Part shown: positions 28,428 to 40,975 of the stretch, piece by piece
Position numbering within the stretch: position 1 is the first letter of the stretch
Layout of the letters: each line of letters starts with the position of its first letter
DNA from: the human T2T-CHM13v2.0 reference genome, Homo sapiens
Length of the DNA: 64,000 nt
Assembly (NCBI RefSeq): GCF_009914755.1
Contig: NC_060937.1
Strand: one strand, 5' to 3'
The notes under the pieces: generated by a model
The model's database searches: none
Seen by the model: only the letters and a program-made list of their open reading frames with translations
What the model was told of the DNA's origin: nothing
Position numbers and translations under genes: made by a program

Positions 28428-30670
28428 ATGCAGTATCTGCAGGAGACACTTCAGATGGAAAAATACAAATAGTTTAAAAGTAAAAGGCTGGAGAAAGGTA
28501 TATTATGCGAACAGCAACTACAGGAAAGCTGGAGTTGCTATACTGATATGAGAAAAAATAGACATGAAAACAACAACAGAAGAAGTTACTAGAGATAAAG
28601 AGGGATACTTTATAATGATAAAAGGGTCATCTCATCAGGAGGCTATAACAAGTGGAAAATATACTCACCTAACAGAGCCTTCAAATACATGAATCGAAAA
28701 CGGAAAGAATTGAAAAAAGGAAAAGATAATTCAAAAACAATAATTGGACATGGCAATACTCTATTTTTAATAATTGATAGAACTAAGCAGAAGATGAACA
28801 GGGAAATGGGGGACCTGAACAAACCTATAAACCACCTAGACTTAGCAGACATCTACTGAACACTTCACCCAACACAGCAGAATGAAAATTCTTCTCAAGT
28901 GCACATGGAAATCTCCAGGATACATCATGTCTTGTGGCATAAAACAGAATCCAATAAATATAAAATGTTGGAAGTCATACAAGTATGTTCTCTGATCATA
29001 CTCAAAAATTAACTCCAAATGGATCATAGACCTAAAAAATAAAAGCTAACAATTTAAAGTTCGTAGAAGAAAACATAGATGTAAATTTTTGCAATCTTGG
29101 ATGAAGCAATGGTTTCTCAGTTATGACTCCAAAAGTCCAAGTAATAAAATAAAAAAAAGATACATTTGATTTCATCAAAATTAAAAACTTTTGTACTTCA
29201 AAGGGCACTATCAATAAATCTAAAAGACAACCCAAAGAGTGGAAGAAAACATTTGCAAATCATGTAACTGATTTTTTTTAAAACTTTTATCTAGGATCCA
29301 AAAAGAACTCTTATAACTCAGTAACACAAGATAAATAACCCAACAAAAATTAATCAAATGATCTGAATAGAAACTTTTTTCAAATAAGATATACAAATGG
29401 CCAATAAATTCTTGAAGAGCAATTCAACATCACCAGCAATCACTGAGATAAAAATCAAAACCTAAATAAGATACCACTTCACACCAATTAGGATGCCTAT
29501 AACCAAAAAGACAGATAATAACAAGTATCAAGGAGAATGTGAAGAGATGGGGACCCTTGCACATTGCTAGTAGAAGTGTAAAATACAGTTCTGCAGTTCC
29601 TGAAATAGTCAGAGTTTCCATTTGACTCAGCAATTCCACTCCTAGGTATACACCTAAGAGAAATTAAAACATATGTTCACACAAAAACCTGTTCTTGGAT
29701 ATTCACAGAAGCATTATCCATAGTAGCCCAAAAAGGTGAACAACCCCAATGTCCATCAACTGGTGAATGGATAAAAAATATGTGGCATAGTCATACCATG
29801 CAATATTATTTGGCAATAAAAATGACTGCAACACTGATATATACTATAACATTGATGGACCTTGGAAACATCAAGGAGTCAGTCACAAAGGACCACACAT
29901 ACTGTATCATCCAATTTATGTAAATTGTTCAAGACAGGCAAGTCTCTAGAAACAGAAAGTAGATTAGTAGGTGCCTAGGATTGGGGGTATTAAAAGGAAA
30001 TGGGGAGTGGCTGCTAATAGATATCAGGCTTTCTTACGGACAGAGAAAAATGTTCCAAAAGCGTTTATGGTGATGGTTGCCTAACTCTGTGAATAGAACT
30101 GAACAAAACATTAACAGGGAAAGAGGAGACTTGAGCAAACCTGTAAACTAACTAAACTCAGCAAAGATCTACAGAACACCTCACCCAACACAGCAGAATG
30201 AAAATTCTTCTCAAGTGCAGGAGACATTCTCCATTCTCCATGGAACATTAGAACTTACTTTTTAAAAGAGTGAATTGAATGATAGATGCATTAGTCCATT
30301 TTCACGCTGCTGATAAAGACATATACGAGGCTGCGAAGAAAAATAGGTTTAATGGACTCACAGGTCCACGTGGCTGGGGAGGCCTCACAGTCATGGTGGA
30401 AGGCAAAAGGCACTTCTTACATGGAGTATGAGGAATGAGAGAGAATGAGGAAAAAGCAAAAGCAGAAACCCCTTATAAAACCATAAGATCTCGTGAGACT
30501 TATTCACTACCACATGAACAGTAAGGGAGAAATCAGCCCCACGATTCAATTATCTCCCACTGGGTCTCTCACACAACCCATGGGAATTATGGGAGTATAA
30601 ATCAAGATAAGATTTGGGTGAGGACACAGAGCCAAACCATATCAATAGGTGAATTATATAACAGTAAAGA
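28428..30670 (+). mobile_element. L1MB-like LINE-1, internally deleted, with nested insertions
   Basis: Degenerate ORF2 endonuclease motifs (LQET, KAGVAIL, IMIKGS), jump at ~29000 to C-terminal ORF2 (KINSKWI), then L1MB-type 3' UTR. Confidence 0.9.
30287..30644 (-). mobile_element. THE1 (THE1A-like) solo LTR inserted in the L1 3' end
   Basis: ttagtccattttcacgctgctgataaagacata...gacacagagccaaaccatatca; TSD ataga/atagg. Confidence 0.92.
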
Positions 30671-32602
30671 TGGTATACAAAAGTTTTTATTGACAACAAA
30701 GCATAGATTATTGACAAGCATATGACAAAGTTTGCTGAACTATTGCGTATTGCATTAAAAAAAAACCTTAAATTAAACGTACAACAGAATTATGTTGAAT
30801 TTTCTTTTCATGCGGAGTGTGTCCACCTGATTCGTAGACCTCTCTCTCTCTTCCCAGTCCAGGAATAGACAGGGATATTTAAAACAAAACGTAGGTCTGC
30901 CAATCAAGCAAATACATTCACAAGTAGCACTTCCAACTTCATTTTATCATTTCACCTTTTCCTTTTTATACATATGGATTTTGGAGAATTTAATATAAAT
31001 GTAGGGTTTTTTGTATTTTTAATCTCTTCAGAACTTAACCATACTTGGGAGAAAGAGACTGAGCAAAAGTGAGTGTGAGGGAAAGAGCAAGAGCAATTTA
31101 TATGAACTATAAATAACCATATCAATAAATGAAGAGGCAAATATGTGATGAAAATAGAAGTAGGTGAGGACACAAATAAGTAAATAATGTGATCCTCATT
31201 ACAAGGTTATCTAAAATATATGTCACTGCTGAAGACAAAAAGCATTCACATTAATAAAAATGTGAAATGCAGTATACTTGAAATTGTGGTTTGCACAAAA
31301 TCACACATTTTGAGTATGAAAACAACAATGCATATAGGTGTGGTGTCCTTGTGCTACTTAGAATGATGATTCTGTAACTTTTGGTAGACTTAAGCAGAGA
31401 TCTGTGATGTAAGAAGTGTAAGCAAGTGAGGACACACAGCCAGAGCTATATAAAGAAACATACTGTGATATCTTCAGAATGTTCTTATCTTTAAATCATT
31501 CACTCTAGGGAGTGCCGGGATTTTAAGCCCTGTAAATATCTTCTGTTTTCTCTCCCAATTCCCTCCTCTTAAAGAAATCCTTGTTTTCCTTTTTAGGGTA
31601 AACCATCCATCTGTGCCTTTTCACCTCTTTTTAAAATTTGTTTTCAATTTATCACCAGATATAAAGGACATCCCATCTATCTGCTAAAGGACTCCTGCTC
31701 AAATATGCTCAATTCTAAATGATTTATTTCACCCTTTTCACTCCAGGGTGCTTCCATGGTACGCTGCACTTCCCCACATCACTGCCAGCTCCTCCAAAGG
31801 GCCCTCTCTTTGTGAGTCCTAAACCTCCTCAGCACACCATCCCTTGCAATCTGGCTTCCATTTGCTTTATTTGCATCATAGTAGCGCAGCCCAAAGGCTT
31901 TTGTTTTTATATCCATCCATCCATCCACCTGAAAAAGATTTATTGTTAGATGCCTGTTAAGATTTATGAATATGCAAAGGAATAAGGCAAGCTCTTTGCT
32001 TTCAAGGGGATATTTGTTGGTAGAAACAGACATGAAATAAAAGGTATATCCCTATCCTTCTTGAATTCTCCCTTCAGGTCATACGGTAACCAATGCTGAT
32101 TTTCTTCTATGCTGTCTTCTCTGGTATATGATGGCATCGGAGGGACATCAACAAGCATTTTCTGACTAGGTCAAGTGCATTAATCTTAGGGGAACATCTT
32201 GAGGAGAGGTAAGCTTGCTCCCGTTCAGTTAGACACACGGAGGGGCTGTGATCCAGAATAACTCTGCCCACCTGCTGCTCTTCCTTTTTAAGGGATTGGG
32301 GGACATCAAAGTGGGAAAAGAGAGCCAAGTTCTCTCTGAGTGCCAAAAAACTTTTGCTCAGGGCCACATGTTTACAGGAGTTTCTGGGGACAGCACCTGG
32401 CCAGGAATTGGAGACACTGGAGGAAGTAGGGTCTGCACATAGCTGCTCCTATTGGAAGGGGGTTTGTGGAGGTTGAGTCCCAGTCCCAAAGACCTCCTAA
32501 CCAGGGAGCATGGACTACTTGGTGGTGAGTGGCAGATTGTAGAGTTGGAGTTGCCTGTGTCTTAACACATGAAATCAGAATTGGTCTTAAAAATCCAGTT
32601 GA

Positions 32603-33056
<454 letters not shown>

Positions 33057-33713
33057 TTATTTTCTTTCTGTTTCCCATAAAGTGGGCAAGCTCTTACAGA
33101 TGCATACTCCCATGACAACCTGTAACTTTTGTAATGTTGACCATGAGTAAATACTTTATAGCTCTAATTCCTCAGCTTAACCTGATGTCTTGAAGATAGT
33201 AGGCTCTGAATAAATATCTACCAAATAAATAAATGATTTGTAATCACTTCATTGAATAAGCCTTTTTCATTAGAGCATAAGTAATATGAAGCAGGGTGTA
33301 ATGTTTACCCTGGACTCCCAATGTTAACACAATGGCTGGCACATAAACAACAGGCACTCAATAAACACCTTTAAGCAAATTAATGATTACATGACTAGTT
33401 CTAATTCGTCAGATTCTGCCTCAGCAGCATTTCTGGCAACTGTGTCATCTTTTTTCCAAACTTAGGGCATCATGATCTTTTGCTCATACTTCTTAGGTGG
33501 TACGCCCCATGCTCTACACACCTGAAAGCTATTTTATAAACTTTGGCCAAATGAATCTTCCACAAGTACAATTCCATTTATGTTCCTTTACTACTTACAA
33601 ATATTAATCACTTCCCATTGGCCACGGAGCAAGGTCTAGATTTAAATGACTTAAAGAATATATTAATTGTGCTCTGCCACTACATTCCCATAAGATGAAT
33701 CTGCTGTCTCCAG

Positions 33714-33718
33714 CTGGA

Positions 33719-33766
<48 letters not shown>

Positions 33767-33836
33767 AAACTGTCTCTCTCTCTCTCTCTCTCTGGAAACT
33801 CTCTCTCTTTCACACACACACACACAGCACACACAC
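33714..33836. repeat. Compound microsatellite (TC)n interrupted by CTGGAAA, then (CA)n
   Basis: Direct inspection. Confidence 0.95.
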
Positions 33837-35479
33837 TTCTTTCTCTTCCTTCCTCTTTTTCTCCTCTTTCTTCTCTCATATTTTATAATCTGTACCTTGT
33901 AGTAGCGCTTGCCACTATCTATTTTTTAGGCTTTCTGATGTGCAGTTATTTGCTCATAAAGTTGTCTAAATTGGGTCTGGCATATTATCAGTTTCTTCTC
34001 CAACGATGTATTCATCCACAAGGAATCTGGAAGCCAAATCCTGAAGACAAAGATTACAGACTTCTTGCTTCAGACACTGCTTTTCTTTTTCATTACCCAG
34101 CCCATTTCTTGTGACCCAGGAGGTAGAACCCCAAGTACCCTTCTTTCTGCAGGAAGAAGTTCTGCTCCTATGCTCTTATTCATAAGCTCCTTGGCGGTTG
34201 ACTGTTTATTGTCTATATCATTTGTATACTCTACAGTGCCACAGATAGTATTCTGCATAAGGTAAGAGATCAATAAATAAATGTTTCATGAATGATGCAT
34301 TCTGTGGTGTTTTGTGAATGCAAGAATTTCCTGTTCTTCCAAAGAAATTTTATAGTCAGCTGGACTCGTTGCTAACCATATATTTTCACGAGCATGACTA
34401 TCTCCAATTGCCTGAATTGCACTCATATTTTTAAAATTGAATGCACACACAGATCTGACATTTTCTTAGGATGAAGTACCCCAAACTCTTTTTGTACATC
34501 ACATAAGCAGACTGAAATTGCCCTCAGCCTTGCTACCGGCAGCTCCTAATCTACCTTGTCAAGGTACTGACATGCAAACTTATTTTTTCAAAACCTTCCA
34601 GGCAGAAGCTTATGGTGTTTAGGGAGTCCAAAAGCCTAAATGACAATTTCCAAATGAATATTGGGAGAGTTAATCTATTTCCTCTTATCTGCTATGTAAA
34701 TCTTTCCTTTGTGCTTAAATGCTTCACATTTTAATGAAAAATACATGTTTCCCAGTCCTCACTAAATTGATATTTCTGTCACAGTGCCTGCTGCTTACAG
34801 CGATTTTCCAGTTCTAGTCTGTGGCTTAATAACCACAGGAGACACTGATTTGGCAAAATATGATGTTATTTCATGATCTAGTCCATAATCCATATTAGAA
34901 ACCCGGCAGCAAAATGCCCCTGCCATGTATTTATTCCAGGTATTGGCAAACATCATCCGGCACTACCTGCATTCTCATATATGTGGACAAAATGCATAGC
35001 AATTAATTCTGCATACTCCCGCCCTTAGAATTTTATCCAACTAGAAACACAAGCACGAATTCCAGTCATAATATGCGCATGTGCATCCATCACTGCCTAT
35101 GCCCTTCAGGAAAAATTGGTCTCTAGAGCTGAAAACAAATGTTTCCTTAAGGACTGAAAGTATTTCAGTGCTTAAGTATTATTTTTTACTTGTTTATTTG
35201 TAGTTTTGTTGACATAGTTTACCATATTTTGCTTTATTACAACAATATTTAAAAGAAAGAGAATTGTCTACCTGATTTGCTGAGGACTTATACGCCAATA
35301 CCTTTCAACTACTGAAATACCAATGTGCTCAAATGTTTACAATTATGCACGTACAGCGACTTAGCATCAGTAATGATTCCTACAGTTATATGTCTTTTAG
35401 GCAGAAATCTAAAAGTCATGCTACTGTAATGGCATGCTGAGATGACGCACCCTTTGAGATGACGCGTGAGGGCTCTAAG

Positions 35480-35800
35480 GCCATGTCGAGATTACGCGCC
35501 CTTTGAGATGATGCATGAGGAGGACATTTCTTCTCTGCAGAATTCTTTCCAAAAACCCATAACCTTAGTCTATTACGGAGAAAAATATAGACAAAGCTAG
35601 AGTCAGAGACATTTTGCAGGATGGCTGGGGAGCACTCTTCAAACTGTCAAGTCATGAAAAGTAAAGAAATACTGAGAAACTGTCACAGACCAGAGGAGAC
35701 TGGGGAGATATGACAACTAAATGCAATGTGGTACTCTGGATGAGATCCAATGACAGAAAGAGTACATAATAGGGTGACTAGTGTAATCCAAATGATGTCA
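35480..35800 (+). mobile_element. L1MC-type 3' UTR fragment
   Basis: ccaaaaacccataacc, ctgtcaagtcatgaaa, gagatatgacaactaaatgcaatgtgg. Confidence 0.75.
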
Positions 35801-36360
35801 TACCATTAATTATGTTAACAACAAAGTAAGATTTTAAGCGAATCACTGAATGTATTTGTAAAATACTGTCATTGTTATTCTTCCTTAAACCTTTAAACAA
35901 CTTATCTGTATTATATAATAATTAACATTTACATTCAAACATATTTTAGAAGGACTATGTGAATTAATTGGCCATGGCACAATATAATCCCCAAAATAAC
36001 TTTAAAATTACAACAGATGTGGACAATGGTGATATACAAATGTATTTCCTTTTGTCATACCTTCTATGCTCTCCTGTGAACATAAAATTAATCACAACTA
36101 TGTCTCTCTCTTAGAAAATGTATATGTGTATCATTGAGAAGCATGCATCCTTAGAAAGCTAGCTCACTTTTTACTTAATAAAAAGCCTCTTGTTATAAAA
36201 GTGGCAGAGTAGATAGGAAATAGGGTCATCATACTGACCTTCTGCAGCAAAAACAATAAAGCCCAGTTTGACTTCCATTCCTTTTTAAGAAAATGCACTT
36301 GTGTGGTGGAGCTACACCATCCCTCCAACCCAAGCTGTTGCCTGATGTCATGCAAAAGTA

Positions 36361-36403
36361 TTTTTTTTTTTTTGAGACAGAGTCTGGCCCTGTCTCCCAG
36401 GCT
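36361..36403 (-). mobile_element. Alu 3' terminal fragment
   Basis: T13 followed by gagacagagtctggccctgtctcccaggct. Confidence 0.8.
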
Positions 36404-36425
36404 TGAGAAAACCACCTTTTCCACT

Positions 36426-36600
36426 ACTGCTTCTCAAAGCTTGGCCTCTACACTGTCAGCAGCAGCAGCACCTGAGAACTTTTTAGAAATGGAAATGTAA
36501 GACTTACTGAATCAGAAATCCTGAAGAGTGAGGTACAGGAATCTATGGCCTAATGAGCCTACAGAGGATTCCACTACACACCCCAAAATGAGAACTACTG
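36426..36600. mobile_element. MER5A (hAT-Charlie MITE)
   Basis: ctgcttctcaaag...cagcacctgagaactttttagaaatg...tactgaatcagaaa...tgagaactactg. Confidence 0.75.
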
Positions 36601-37794
36601 CTTTAGCATATAAGCAGGTTAATGTGTTACAGCACAGAAGTAGTCAGCCATGTAAAATCTCAGCATTGCAGTTGATAAATCATGAATACTGTAAAAGTGC
36701 TGAGATCCTTCTTTTTATAACCTACTTCACGTTTCTTTTTATTCTAGCACTAACGTGATTGAAAATCCTCCAAATTTTGGCACTAGAGTTAAAGGGATAA
36801 GTTGAATTAGCATTCTGGAAAGATATGAAGATTTAGGAAAATCGTTAAATATAAAAAGAACAAGGAAAAATTTAGCTTAAAAGATGAACCCAAAGATTGA
36901 AATGGTCAGTTAAGCTGCTATAGTTAAACCAAAAATTCATGGGGTGTGAGTATTAATTCATTTTTCTGAGAAAGTCTGCTCTTCCTTCAGTTGGGTTTCA
37001 ATAATGTGTTTGCCAGTAGCCATAAAAAATAATCGGGTACTGCTGAGGTCTGCTGAGAATGAGAATCTCTGTAAATGTGCTTGGACACGGCTGACCATGG
37101 GAAATGCTGTTGTCAAAAGCATTTGTTTAGTTTTACTGTAACAGTTCAATTTACCCTAATTTCCTCATCAGTATCTACCTCTTTCCACTATTTAGAATAG
37201 TCAGTTACCTTCCTCATTTGTCTGGCAAACCCCTGCCTTTCAGGCCTAGTGTGGCTGCTACTTCTCTGCGGAGTTCTTCTTCAACAGAGAACTCTAATTC
37301 AATTAAAAGCTCCATCTTACTGTGGTCACTGAACTGTTGAGTTCAAGACCCTCACCCTTGCTCACACTACCATCCTCTCTCACCTGGGTAAGTCCAATAA
37401 TCCCCCATTTTACCTGCCAGGAGCCCCTCTGCCCCTGGCTGACATTTGTTCTCCGTGCAAAATCATGCCAACTCCACAATTTCCCAGTTTTCTTAGGTTG
37501 AAGGCACATCTCTTCACCACGGCCAAGAACCCATGTCTGGATTTGCCTCTGCGTACCCCTCCAGGCTCACCTCTGCCAAGGTCCTCTGTGCTCTGGTCTC
37601 ACTGGCTTTGGTCAGTAACCCCCGTGGCCTCCGCTCCCTCTCCAGAAGGCCTTGGTACTCTCTCTCCCTTCTCCAACTTATGCCCTACAAATCTTTCAAA
37701 GGTTAATTCTTCAAAGAGGCCTTCTGTGACCTTCCAGAGAGCTTTCATGCTCCTCTCTTGACACAATTTTATATATGTTCGTGTGACAAGTACA

Positions 37795-38024
37795 TACAGA
37801 TTTTGGAGCCTGACAGCCTGAGTTTGAGTATTGGTTATGCTGCTTACTAGCTGTGTGATACTGGGCAAGTGATTTAACCTGCTTGCTTTCAGTGCTCTCA
37901 TCTGCACAATGCGGATAATAGTAATGCTTACTGCATAAGGCTGTTGGGAGAAATCAATGATTTAATACATGTAAAGTGTTTCTTGTAGTGCTGGCATCTA
38001 GAAAATTTTCAATATTACCATTGC

Positions 38025-38030
<6 letters not shown>
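37795..38030 (+). mobile_element. MIR, followed by (ATT)n to ~38055
   Basis: cttactagctgtgtgatactgggcaagtgatttaacct...ctcatctgcacaatgcggataatagt. Confidence 0.85.
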
Positions 38031-38055
<25 letters not shown>

Positions 38056-38236
38056 GGTCCCCATCATTCCTTAAAGGCAAAGGCTGTTCCTGTTTTCCTT
38101 ATCCTGTGTACCAGCTCATGGTATATGGATGGCTTTCAATAAATGTTTGTTGAATAAACAAATGAATATTTCCATATTATATTGACCACATATTAAAATA
38201 AGTGTGGTAAGCACATAATTCCATCCATCTGCTTTC

Positions 38237-38340
38237 CACTAAATTGTCTGATTGTTAATATAGGGACCATATCACTAAATTGTCTGATTGTTAATATAGG
38301 GACCATATCACTAAATTGTCTGATTGTTAATATAGGGACC
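38237..38340. repeat. 36-bp minisatellite, 2.9 identical copies
   Basis: CACTAAATTGTCTGATTGTTAATATAGGGACCATAT at 38237, 38273, 38309. Confidence 0.97.
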
Positions 38341-39829
38341 CCTAGATATATTTGTTTTGACTCTAGTGCCTAACATAGCCCCTGCAAAAAGTATTTGTGG
38401 AAGGAGGAAATTAATGAGAAAAAAAACTATGAATAGATGAATTTCCCTAAAGCTATTTTCTCCCCTAATTTTCTTAGCTACCTGCATTTTGGATGATGCG
38501 TGGTTGGATTAAGGCTGTAATGGAATTCTTTCTTCATCAGTACAAAGCCTGGGGAAATGGTCCTCAGATTGGAGAACACAAAATCAAGGGAAGAACAGAA
38601 GTCATGAGTCTGATAGTCTAGACAGGAAATTCTGGCCTGTACTAATCCAGATTGAGGAATTTGAATAACTGATTCAGACAGAAAATCATTGGTCTCTCAG
38701 CTCCATTATGCATGTGTAGAAGATTCCCCCATTCTGTCTATACAAATACAGGTAATCACAAAATTCCAGGTAAAGAAGCCAGAACTGCAAGTGCAGCTTG
38801 TTTTTGATGAGAATCCTGACGAGCATGCAGGTGCACGTGGTGTTCAGTGAGTATGGACTGGGCTCTTCCATCGCTGCGTAGTCATAAATCATGTTTGCTT
38901 TGCACCACTGCTCTTACGAGTTTCAGTTTGCCACTTCACTGGCCAATGTCAGATGTGTGAAAGTAGAAGACAAAGTACTAAAATGCTTTCCACCTTTCCC
39001 GAATACTAGGACATGATCCCAAACCACGAATCTAGTAGCTACAATGCTTTTGTTGTTGTTTAGTTACTTGTTAGTTTATATTCCAATAGTATTTTGGATA
39101 TTTAGAAAGGAAAGGCAACACTACTAATAATAAACCAGCTTCATAAAAATAAAACACAGTTATCAGTTCTTAAAACAATATAAAGTAAACAAAATTTGGA
39201 ATGCGTTATAGTTACTAACAAGCTTTGGCTTTGTTTTTTTTATGTGATAGGTGATCTAAAATCTACCTTCCAAAATTCCCTCAGCTGCAAAGTGAGAATG
39301 TTGGTCTGCTTTGGATGTCCGAGTAAAGGGTATTTTAACTAAAATATCTTGTGTCTCTATATAATTTTCTTCTCTAACCTAACCTAAATGAATAATGCTA
39401 TTTGATTGGTGAAATGACATTTTTCATATCAAATGTCATGTGACATCAGAAAAAAAGTTGATGCTCATTCACTTTTAAAGAACGGATGCATAATCTGTCA
39501 TCAGAATCTTCTGTCCTTAATCTGATCTCTTGTCTCAATCCATAATTAGGCCTCAATCCTTATGCATCATGATAGAAAAAGCACTTCACAGAGAGCATTC
39601 GCTCAATAACTGCTGGAAATATTATTTCATAATAAAAGTGGGGAAGATATGGAAAATAAATAAATTCCTGTACTTGTAGAACATAATCAACTCCACATAT
39701 CACTAATATAAAGTTCTTCACCCATGAAAATCTGTGAAAAGAGGAGAAACTTCATAAACCTTTTAATAAGCAGTTATCACAAAGGCCAATAATGTATCCA
39801 TATTTTGACTATAACTAGTACTATTTCTT

Positions 39830-40127
<298 letters not shown>

Positions 40128-40334
40128 TTATAACGAGTACTATTTCTTAAAGAGTAAAACTATCCAGCTTGATGGTCTTTTAAAGGGAGCCACATTACTG
40201 AAGCCTGGAGAAGAATATCTTAGACTGAGGAAAAGCAGAGAAAGAGACGGAACATTCATTTGAGATCCCTGAAAAGTGGTCTTTCTGAGTTAGTCCATTT
40301 CTGTGTAGGTGCCAGAACATAGGTGCATGTATTT

Positions 40335-40374
40335 GTGTGTGTGTGCATGTGCACGTGTGTGTGTGTGTGTGTGT
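40335..40374. repeat. Imperfect (TG)n microsatellite
   Basis: About 40 bp of alternating purine-pyrimidine sequence. Confidence 0.9.
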
Positions 40375-40769
40375 AGTTCCTACCAGAGTTCAAAGTCACT
40401 CAACCAACAACACAAGCTGACAGGGTGTTCCTCAGGAATGCCCACAGTTCAAGAGCTGCCAAGCCCACCCAATAGCATGTGCATGCTTAAAACAGAAGAG
40501 AGGGGCATGAAAGAGCGGGAAAAGGCATCATGTATAACAGTCCAGTATGAAGAGGAAGACGCCAACGGGGCTCCAGGCTGAATGGTGAAGCAGAATGAAA
40601 AGTTATTTTTTAGAAAAAGAGGATGCAGCTTATAAACACTTTTCAGTAAGTTTAGCAGACTCCTTTTAGCATTACAGTGGGTGATGTCAGAGTGAAATGT
40701 GCCTGCATAAAACATACATAAGACCAGTGGAGAAGACCACAGTCAACTCACAAAGAGAACTTTTCCTTC

Positions 40770-40975
40770 TGAAGAGGAGGCAGGATTTGGATTCAGAAAC
40801 ATTTCAATTAAATATTCTGCTTCACTTCCTTGTTTACATGACCTTGGGGAAACTAATCGAACTCTCTTAGCCTCAGTTTTCTCATTGGAACGAGAGGCAT
40901 CACTGGCCTCAAAGGACTGCTGGGAAAAGATATGGAGTGAATTGTGCACCCTGCCTGACACAGGGTAGGTCTTAG
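40770..40975 (+). mobile_element. MIR
   Basis: tgaccttggggaaact...agcctcagttttctcattgg. Confidence 0.75.

Noticed and set aside
28643-29639. Minus-strand ORFs over the L1, and ORFs at 44384-44885
   Set aside because: Antisense or degenerate L1 ORF2 fragments; no intact retrotransposon ORF
33604-34114. 139-aa and 91-aa ORFs with SLSLSL/ERERER runs
   Set aside because: Open only because of the (TC)n/(CA)n microsatellite
35074-35085. NRF1-like TGCGCATGTGCA site
   Set aside because: Single imperfect motif within what appears to be a decayed L1 remnant; no promoter context
38237-38340. 36-bp repeats of CRISPR-like length
   Set aside because: No spacers; contiguous tandem copies in primate DNA, so a VNTR
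38686-38892. 68-aa minus-strand ORF with ATG
   Set aside because: No recognisable homology or promoter/splice context; length expected by chance
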